Shown: piece by piece, positions 18,737 through 25,155 of the stretch
Numbering within the stretch: position 1 is the stretch's first letter
Layout: the number at the start of each line of letters is the position of its first letter
Source of the DNA: Actinomycetes bacterium
GTDB taxonomy: Bacteria; Actinomycetota; Acidimicrobiia; Acidimicrobiales; UBA8190
Assembly: GCA_021779775.1 (NCBI GenBank)
Contig: JAJYAB010000001.1
Location: forward strand, 1 to 25,155
Length of the DNA: 25,155 nt
Reading direction: 5' to 3'
Notes under the pieces: generated by a model
Seen by the model: the letters and a program-made list of their open reading frames with translations, nothing else
What the model was told of the DNA's origin: nothing
Database searches by the model: none
Program-made: the position numbers and the translations under genes

Positions 18737-20767
18737 TCAGCCGGGGGACGTGCCCGAGGGGGCAGCCCCCAATGCCAGTGGCGGCAGCGGATGGCCCAGC
18801 AGGTAGTCGAACCCGGCACGGACCACCGGAGCGGCACCGAGGGAACCGTACCCGCCGTGCTCGACGACCGCGGCGATGACGTAGCGGGGGTTGGCCACCG
18901 GGCCCCAGGCGACGAACCATGCGGTGGGCACGGTGCCGGTGGCGCTGGCCGTGCCCGTCTTGCCGGCCAAGGGCATGGTGCCGAGCGGGAAGCCGGCAAA
19001 GCTCTGGTAGGCGGTGCCCTTGGGGTTGTCGACGACTCCTTCGAACCCGCTCAGCATCGCTTGGCGGTCGGCGGCCGGCAGCGTCACGTGCCCCGTCACC
19101 TTGGGGGCGAACGTCGCTACGGCCCTACCTCGCCCGTTGACGACGCCGGCGGCGATCTGCGGCTGGTAGCGGGTGCCGCCGTTGGCGAAGGTGGCGTAGG
19201 CCACGGCCTGCTCGATGGGGGTGATCAGCGTGCCGCCCTGGCCGAACGCCAGTTCGAGGTTGTTGCCGGTGTACCACGAGCCGTTCGGGTAGGCAGCCGG
19301 GTACTGGGCGTGCTCCTTCGCCACGACAGCCGGCGAGTCGACCCGGGCCAGGTTCGTCTCCCCGGGCAGGTCGATGCCGGTGGGCTGCCCGTAGCTATAG
19401 CGGTTGGCCATGTCCTGGATGGGCGTCTGCCCGTACGTGCTCCGATGGATCCAGAACTGTGCGCCGAGGTTGTAGAAGAAGTCGTCGCTCGAGATGGTGA
19501 GCGCCTGGGACACGGTGATGGGCCCCGGCACCTCGCCGGCGACGTCATGGAACGTCTGGCAGCCGGCGCCACCTCCCTGACATCCCGGTACGACGAAGGT
19601 GCCCCGGTCGTCGTAGATGTAGCCGGGGCTGATCAAGCCGGTGTCCAACGCGGCGCTGGCCGTCGCCAGCTTGAACGTCGATCCGGGCGTGTAGAGACCG
19701 TCGATGGCCCGGTTCAACAGCGGTGTATGGGTGCCTGGTGCGGTCAGCGCCTGGTAGTGGGCAGTGGTGATGCCGCCCACCCACCACGCCGGGTCGTACG
19801 TGGGGTTGGACACCATGGCCAGCACGGCGCCGGTTTGGGGGTCGAGGGCCACCACGGCGCCGCCGGTCGAAGCCGTGGACCTACCGGTGGACGGATCGAT
19901 GACATGCTGCAGCGAGGCGACCTGCTGGTCGAGCGCTTGCTGCAGGACCTGCTCGAGCCCGAGGTCGAGGTGGGTCACCAGGGTGTCCCCGGTGGTCGGT
20001 GGCGTCTGGTGGAGGGTTCGTACCATCTGGCCCTGGGCGTCGACCTCGACCCGTTGGACGCCCGCCGTTCCGGCCAGCCAGCGGTTGTACTGGGCTTCGA
20101 GGCCGCTCTGCCCGATGCGGTCGCCTGCTTGCGTGCCGGGCGCGGCGTGGCGCAGCTCCGCTGCGCTGGCCGGTCCCACATAGCCGAGGACCTGGGCCGC
20201 GGTCTGCCCCAGCGGGTATGACCGGTGGGTGACGGTCGGGGTGGCCACCCCGGGAAGGAGCCCACGGTGCTCGGCGATCGTCGACACGGCGCTCATCGGA
20301 GCGTCGAACATGATGGTGGCCGGGGTGTATGGACCGGTGGTGATGCTCGCCAACCGCTGCTCCACCGCTGTAGGTGTCATGCCGAGGATGGCGGCCAGTG
20401 TGCCGACCACAGCGGGATGTTGGGCGGCCGCCGCCCGCGACAGCGTGACGTCCTGGCTGACGCCGTTGTCCACCAGGGTTATGCCGCTCCGGTCGACGAT
20501 CTTGCCCCGGGCGGCCGGCAGCCGGACCAGGCGAAGCTGGTTGGCGGTGACCGCTCGAACGGAGCTGGCGCTGCCGAGCACCTGTAGCGACCAGAGGCGG
20601 ACCACCATCAGGGAGAAGAGGGCCACGATCACCGCCCCGATGATCCGTAGGCGGAGATGGGGGCGTGGATCGGCTGGGTCGCCCGCCGGGAGCACCTTGG
20701 CGGTGGTGGTGCGGACAATCCTCCGGATGCGGGGCTTGCGGCCGATCCGCAGTCGTAACCTGGTCAC
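18737..20767 (-). CDS. class B penicillin-binding protein (PBP2/MrdA-like), 676 aa
   Basis: N-terminal TM ending RLWSLQV, PAARG.IVDR, GAVVALDP.TG.VLAMVS, PGSTFK (SxxK), SSD (SxN/D), KTGT. The GTG start at 20767 overlaps the upstream stop (GTGA). Confidence 0.93.
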   Translation of the reverse strand: MTRLRLRIGRKPRIRRIVRTTTAKVLPAGDPADPRPHLRLRIIGAVIVALFSLMVVRLWSLQVLGSASSVRAVTANQLRLVRLPAARGKIVDRSGITLVDNGVSQDVTLSRAAAAQHPAVVGTLAAILGMTPTAVEQRLASITTGPYTPATIMFDAPMSAVSTIAEHRGLLPGVATPTVTHRSYPLGQTAAQVLGYVGPASAAELRHAAPGTQAGDRIGQSGLEAQYNRWLAGTAGVQRVEVDAQGQMVRTLHQTPPTTGDTLVTHLDLGLEQVLQQALDQQVASLQHVIDPSTGRSTASTGGAVVALDPQTGAVLAMVSNPTYDPAWWVGGITTAHYQALTAPGTHTPLLNRAIDGLYTPGSTFKLATASAALDTGLISPGYIYDDRGTFVVPGCQGGGAGCQTFHDVAGEVPGPITVSQALTISSDDFFYNLGAQFWIHRSTYGQTPIQDMANRYSYGQPTGIDLPGETNLARVDSPAVVAKEHAQYPAAYPNGSWYTGNNLELAFGQGGTLITPIEQAVAYATFANGGTRYQPQIAAGVVNGRGRAVATFAPKVTGHVTLPAADRQAMLSGFEGVVDNPKGTAYQSFAGFPLGTMPLAGKTGTASATGTVPTAWFVAWGPVANPRYVIAAVVEHGGYGSLGAAPVVRAGFDYLLGHPLPPLALGAAPSGTSPG

Positions 20768-22029
20768 GGTGCGGCGGACATGGTGACGAAGTCCCGTGGC
20801 CACGAGGTGAAGTACCGGCCCGATCCGCCGGCCATACTGGCGAGCAGGGGCGAGCCGTTCGCCGGGGAGGCCGGAGCTCCGGACGTCGGCGTGTAGACCG
20901 AGAAGTTCACCCAGTCGGTGTTGATGTCGAGCTCCATAGCGCGTACAGCGCCGGCCCGTACCAGCAGGTCGGCCAACGTGGTGATGTTGAGCCCGGGCCC
21001 GCCAACGTAGACGAGTGCCCCGTTGGCGGTTATGCCGAGACCCGATCGCCACACGTAAATCTGATTGCCCAGCGTGAAGCCCCACCGTTGGGTGTCGTTC
21101 GCCTGCAGGCCGGCCACCGGTGCACCGTGGTCGACCAGCAATTGCAGGTTCTGCCGCACCGACACCACCTGCGGCGTCATGGACACGTCGGTGCCCCATG
21201 CGCCCACGGTGGCGCTCCCGTCGGCGTACACCACGAAGGACGCGGCCCCCTGGCGCAGCGGGTAGGCCGTCTTGCCTTCGCTGTAGTAGCCCCCTTGGGC
21301 GTCCTGCATGCGGAACCCGGCGTTGAAGGCCGCGACGAGGGACTGCGAGGATGCCTGGCCCACCGGTGCGGTGTAGCGCCACGGCCCGTCGCCAGGGATG
21401 TAGCTGCCGGAGTACAGCCGTGCCCTGAGCAGCTTGGTGTCCATCCACGCGACACCGACCACCAGGCTGGTGTGCACCGGGTCGGGCCGCAGGAACGCCT
21501 CGTAGATCGCCGGCACGCCATGGACGAGCCGGCCGACGGGGTGCCACTGACCTTCACCGGCGATGGGCGGTGAAGCCAGCGGGGTCAACGGCGCCGGCGT
21601 CGGCAGGTGTGGTACTCCGCTGGCGATCGGCGCGGCCGCGGTAAGCGGCGCCGGGATGGCCCCGGGCGGCGGCCTGCCCCCCTTGGGCGGCTGGTGGTGC
21701 GAGTACCAGACGTTCTCCGTCCAGCGCACGATCGAGCTTGCTCCATGGCTCCGGAACCAGTCGGCGGCAGCTGCTACCGGCGAGCCGTTGGCCGGGTTGG
21801 CGACGGTGGAGCCGAGCGACCACCACATCGGGCTGAGGGCGACAGCGACCACCACGATGAATGTTGTGAGCGGGTGGCGCCCTACCCACCTCCGGCGGTG
21901 CGCCAACCGGGATCGGCGCCGGTCGCGCCACGTCCCGTGACGGTGCCGGCCGTGACGGTGCCGGCCGTGACGGTGCCGGCCTGGGTCGCCCGTTTTCCCG
22001 TCGTGGCGGCGTTGGTCGGTCTCGATCAT
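20764..22029 (-). CDS. membrane-anchored phosphodiester glycosidase-like (DUF2233/NAGPA-like) protein, 421 aa
   Basis: Basic N-tail, one TM, then AAFNAGF, RSGLGIT..G.LVYV.G, LA..L..AGA.RAM.LDIN..W; SD GAGGAG; TGATG overlap with GNAT. Family assignment is from motif recall. Confidence 0.72.
   Translation of the reverse strand: MIETDQRRHDGKTGDPGRHRHGRHRHGRHRHGTWRDRRRSRLAHRRRWVGRHPLTTFIVVVAVALSPMWWSLGSTVANPANGSPVAAAADWFRSHGASSIVRWTENVWYSHHQPPKGGRPPPGAIPAPLTAAAPIASGVPHLPTPAPLTPLASPPIAGEGQWHPVGRLVHGVPAIYEAFLRPDPVHTSLVVGVAWMDTKLLRARLYSGSYIPGDGPWRYTAPVGQASSQSLVAAFNAGFRMQDAQGGYYSEGKTAYPLRQGAASFVVYADGSATVGAWGTDVSMTPQVVSVRQNLQLLVDHGAPVAGLQANDTQRWGFTLGNQIYVWRSGLGITANGALVYVGGPGLNITTLADLLVRAGAVRAMELDINTDWVNFSVYTPTSGAPASPANGSPLLASMAGGSGRYFTSWPRDFVTMSAAP
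21936..21980 (-). repeat. 15-bp in-frame tandem repeat x3 encoding (GRHRH)3
   Basis: cgtgacggtgccggc at 21936, 21951 and 21966. Confidence 0.93.
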
Positions 22030-22802
22030 CACCGCTCCTCTGGAAGGTCTGCCGGCATGGCTGGGCCTGGGCCGCCCTCGGTGGGGATGAGCCGTACCGT
22101 GAACCGGGCGAAGTCTTCTCCGCTTCGGCTGCGGACCTCTCCGTCGCTGATCCACCCGCAGGACCGGTAGAAGCGTGCCGCGTCCTGGTCTTCTGCGGGC
22201 GTCACCAGCTCGATGCGCCCGGCTCCCCTCGAACGCGCACGATCGACGGCGGCTCCCAGGAGCTCCCGGCCCACGCCTTTGCGACGCGCCGTCACGTCCA
22301 CCGCCAGGTGGGTGACCTCGGCGGTGGGCGCTCCGGTCGGAGTGGCGGCGCCCTCGAACCGCCCGGATCCTCCCTGGCGCCGTCGGGAACCGGGCCTGCT
22401 GCGGGCTGCCGTGATCGCCCGGACCGCTCCGGTAGTCCAGCGGACGGCACGGGTGCGGACCAGCTCCCATCCGACCATGGGATGGGTGACGGCGTGGGCC
22501 ACCACGCTGCGGGCGAACGACATGGCACGTTCCGACACCAGGAACTGGTAGTGGGTCGAGGCGTCCACGCTGCCGAGCAGGAACCCCACGACCGGACCGT
22601 CGGCTCCGACCCGGGCCACGAGCGTCAGCCCGACCGGGCTCGCCTGGTAGGCCAGGTGGTACTGGCGAAGCGCTTTCGCGCCGAGCCGGCTGAGCATCTC
22701 TGTCGCGAGCAACCGTTGGTGCAAGGCCACCGTGGCGTCGACGTCGTCGGCACGCATCGGAGCTACGACGATCGCGCCGATCGGCCTGTCCGCTGACTCC
22801 AT
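22029..22802 (-). CDS. GNAT-family N-acetyltransferase, 257 aa
   Basis: EVTHLAVD...RRKGVGRELL (acetyl-CoA motif A), IELVT, AARFYRSCGW. Start reset to ATG 22802; CACACT lies 6 nt upstream. Confidence 0.85.
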   Translation of the reverse strand: MESADRPIGAIVVAPMRADDVDATVALHQRLLATEMLSRLGAKALRQYHLAYQASPVGLTLVARVGADGPVVGFLLGSVDASTHYQFLVSERAMSFARSVVAHAVTHPMVGWELVRTRAVRWTTGAVRAITAARSRPGSRRRQGGSGRFEGAATPTGAPTAEVTHLAVDVTARRKGVGRELLGAAVDRARSRGAGRIELVTPAEDQDAARFYRSCGWISDGEVRSRSGEDFARFTVRLIPTEGGPGPAMPADLPEER

Positions 22803-22826
22803 GGAACCAGTGTGCGTCATCGACGA

Positions 22827-22842
22827 TGTGAAGAACATGACA
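22827..22842. promoter_or_regulatory. CRP/FNR-family (GlxR/CRP-like) binding site candidate
   Basis: TGTGA-agaaca-TGACA, a 9/10 match to TGTGA-N6-TCACA, in the 52-nt gap upstream of the GNAT gene. Confidence 0.55.
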
Positions 22843-22854
22843 ATTGTGCCGGGG

Positions 22855-23247
22855 TCAGGCGCCCGTGCCCGTGTCGGGGGGCCGGTGTTGGGTCTCTGCT
22901 TTGGCGCGGTCATAGGACCGGACGAGTCGTACGAGGTAGAGGACGATCAACAAGGCGGCCACGGTGGCGGCGCCGACGATCACCCCGGCCACGGTGGCTA
23001 CCGACTCGGCCGCCGCCGTGCACGCGCCGGTGAACGACGGGCTCGACGGGCTCTCGTGGGCTGGACCGTGGCCGAGCAGGACCTGGAGCGGGTTGCCGCA
23101 ATTCGCGTACGGGGCGCCGGGTACCGGGCGTTCCGGGGCGCGCACCCCATAGGTCAGCAGGCCGCCAGCCAGGAGGAGCGCCAGGAGGGGCACCAGGCAC
23201 AGGAGCACTGCAGGCCGGTGGTGGAGCGGGGTTCCGGGGGTGGCCAT
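22855..23247 (-). CDS. hypothetical 2-TM membrane protein, 130 aa
   Basis: Two hydrophobic segments flanking a loop with C50 (CGNP) and C76; the ATG overlaps the kinase stop (TGATG). Confidence 0.75.
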   Translation of the reverse strand: MATPGTPLHHRPAVLLCLVPLLALLLAGGLLTYGVRAPERPVPGAPYANCGNPLQVLLGHGPAHESPSSPSFTGACTAAAESVATVAGVIVGAATVAALLIVLYLVRLVRSYDRAKAETQHRPPDTGTGA

Positions 23248-24629
23248 CAACCACACCGCGGCAGCGTCATCGCCACCCGGGCGCCGCCGCCGGGTCGATT
23301 GCCCTCTTCGACGTTGCCGCCGTGGGCGGTGGCGAGCGACTTGACGATGGCCAATCCGAGTCCAGCACCACCGTGGTCGCGGCTCCGACTGCTGTCGCCG
23401 CGCCAGAAGCGGTCGAACGCCTTCGGCAGATAGTCGACGGGGAACCCCGGCCCGCGGTCCAGCACCTCGACCGTCGCCTGGCCGGCGCCGGAGCTGATCC
23501 GGACCGTGACCACCGTACCCGGCGGCGAGAACCGCAGGGCGTTGTCCACCAGGTTGTCGACCATCTGGCGCAGGCGCGGAGCGTCCACGACTGCTGGCAG
23601 CGCGTCAGGGCCTGCCACCTCGAGTGCCACACCGCGCTCGGCGGCTCGGCCCTCGAAGCTGGCGACGAACGACCGGACGAGGGACACCAGATCCTCCGGA
23701 GCGAGGAGCACCAGCGGGTCGCTCTCGTCGGAGCGCGACAGCAATAGCAGGTCCTCCGACAGGTGGATGAGGTGATCGGTCTGGCTGGCTGCCTCGTGCA
23801 CAGCGTTCCGCAGATCTTCGACTGAGCGTCCTGGCCGCTCGGCCAGCTCGAGCTCCCCGCGCAGGATCGACAACGGTGTCCGTAGCTCGTGGCCGGCCGC
23901 CGACACGAGCTCCCGCTGTCTGCCCAGCGCGCCGTGCAGCCGTGCCAGCAGCCCATTGATGGTGTGGGCCAGCGCCGCGACCTCGTCATGGGTTCGGGGA
24001 ACCGCCAGCATGGCATCGCCGTCGTGCTCGGAGATGTCGGCAGCCTGCCGCCGCATCCGCTCGACCGGGGCCAGGGCGGCTCCGGCCAGCAGCCAGGCGG
24101 CGAGCCCCGCAGCCAAGACCCCGACTGCGCCTCCCACGATGATGCCCACCTCGACCCGGTGCACCGCGTCTTGGAGTGTCTCGAGGGTCTCGCCGACCAC
24201 CACGATACGGTTGCGGTCGTCGGTGGGGGACGCCAGCAGGAGAAACGCCGTCGACTGTCCTGGCACGTGGCGGGTGAGCACCGTGCTGTGGCGCAGGGTG
24301 GCGGTTCGCTGGACCCTGGAAAGCAGCGAGCGGAGCGTGCCCGGACCCGAGGCGTCGAGCACGACCCCGGCCACGGAGATCACCTGGGTGAGTGACTCGC
24401 TGTCGCCGACCGAGCCGATCGGCACGGGTACTCCGGGGTCCCGCACCTGCTGCTCTTGGCCCCTGCCGGGTACTTCCTGGCCGACGGCATTAACACGGGT
24501 CTGGAGGCTGACCAACATGGACTTTTGGAGGCCGCCAGACAGCTCGTGGACGAAGACGATGCCCCCGAGAACCGCCACTGCTGCGGTGCCCGCCGCGAAC
24601 AGCAGTGCCAGCCGGACACGGATCCGCAT
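23247..24629 (-). CDS. sensor histidine kinase (2 TM, HAMP, HisKA, HATPase)
   Basis: GHELRTPL H-box, DNLVDNALRF N-box, DRGPGF, AFDRFWR, GAGLGLAIV. Confidence 0.95.
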   Translation of the reverse strand: MRIRVRLALLFAAGTAAVAVLGGIVFVHELSGGLQKSMLVSLQTRVNAVGQEVPGRGQEQQVRDPGVPVPIGSVGDSESLTQVISVAGVVLDASGPGTLRSLLSRVQRTATLRHSTVLTRHVPGQSTAFLLLASPTDDRNRIVVVGETLETLQDAVHRVEVGIIVGGAVGVLAAGLAAWLLAGAALAPVERMRRQAADISEHDGDAMLAVPRTHDEVAALAHTINGLLARLHGALGRQRELVSAAGHELRTPLSILRGELELAERPGRSVEDLRNAVHEAASQTDHLIHLSEDLLLLSRSDESDPLVLLAPEDLVSLVRSFVASFEGRAAERGVALEVAGPDALPAVVDAPRLRQMVDNLVDNALRFSPPGTVVTVRISSGAGQATVEVLDRGPGFPVDYLPKAFDRFWRGDSSRSRDHGGAGLGLAIVKSLATAHGGNVEEGNRPGGGARVAMTLPRCG

Positions 24630-24632
24630 CGC

Positions 24633-25154
24633 TCAGGATCCCGAAGGGGCCCGGAGGCGGTACCCGACCCCGCGCAGCGTCTCCAAGTCGGCACGGTGGA
24701 ATGGCCGGTCGATCTTGCGTCGCAGGTACGCTACGTACTGGTCCACGACGTTGGAGACGCCGTCGTAGGCGTAGTCCCAAACGTGCTCGAGGATCCGGCT
24801 CCGGTTCAGCACTACGCCCGGGTTGCGGAGGAAGAGCTCCAGCAAGGCGAATTCCTTCGGTGACAGCTCGAGCTCGACGTCGCCGCGCCATGCCGTACGG
24901 GCTGCCGGGTCGAGTCGAAGGTCGCCCACCACGAGGGCCGCAGGCCGCTCGGGCTGTCCCCGGCGGATGAGGGCTCGGATGCGGGCGGACAGCTCTGCGA
25001 AGCTGAACGGCTTCGACAGGTAGTCGTCCGCGCCGGCGTCGAGTCCCTCGACGTGGTCTCCCACCGAGGTGCGGGCGGTCAGCATGAGGATCGGTGCCCT
25101 CCGTCCCGCGGTGCGTACGCGGCGCGCCACCTCGAAGCCGTCGAACCCGGGCAG
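24633..25154 (-). CDS. OmpR/PhoB-family response regulator (5' part outside window)
   Basis: LPGFDGFEV, PILMLTAR, GLDAGADDYLSKPF, LSPKEFALLE, VVDQYVAYLRRK, ETLRGVGY; frame open to the window end. Confidence 0.96.
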   Translation of the reverse strand: MPGFDGFEVARRVRTAGRRAPILMLTARTSVGDHVEGLDAGADDYLSKPFSFAELSARIRALIRRGQPERPAALVVGDLRLDPAARTAWRGDVELELSPKEFALLELFLRNPGVVLNRSRILEHVWDYAYDGVSNVVDQYVAYLRRKIDRPFHRADLETLRGVGYRLRAPSGS

Positions 25155-25155
25155 C

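Noticed and set aside
18737-21547. 936 aa ORF suggesting a giant or fused PBP
   Set aside because: The first 260 codons are an alternate frame of the upstream glycosidase-like gene. PBP features start at GTG 20767, which overlaps that gene's stop.

Overview
High-GC actinobacterial (probably Acidimicrobiia-like) chromosomal window that is mostly housekeeping. In order: 5'-truncated panB; rpsF-ssb-rpsR-rplI-dnaB plus a UvrD-like helicase; an ABC exporter with an intact ATPase but a multiply disrupted FtsX/MacB-type permease; an alpha/beta hydrolase; a DEAD-box helicase and an ABC-F pair; nucS; a single-chain ETF beta-alpha fusion; ilvA; serB. The right end is a tightly coupled minus-strand cluster (OmpR-type regulator, sensor kinase, 2-TM protein, GNAT, phosphodiester-glycosidase-like protein, class B PBP), which is the best candidate for an undescribed cell-envelope system. 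Manual reading also found two small ORFs with strong RBSs that the ORF track missed (49 aa membrane peptide, 55 aa protein), a near-consensus CRP-family site, an ECF-type promoter, DnaA-box-like motifs and several short tandem duplications. No rRNA, tRNA, CRISPR or mobile element is evident. All family calls come from motif recognition; no database search was run.
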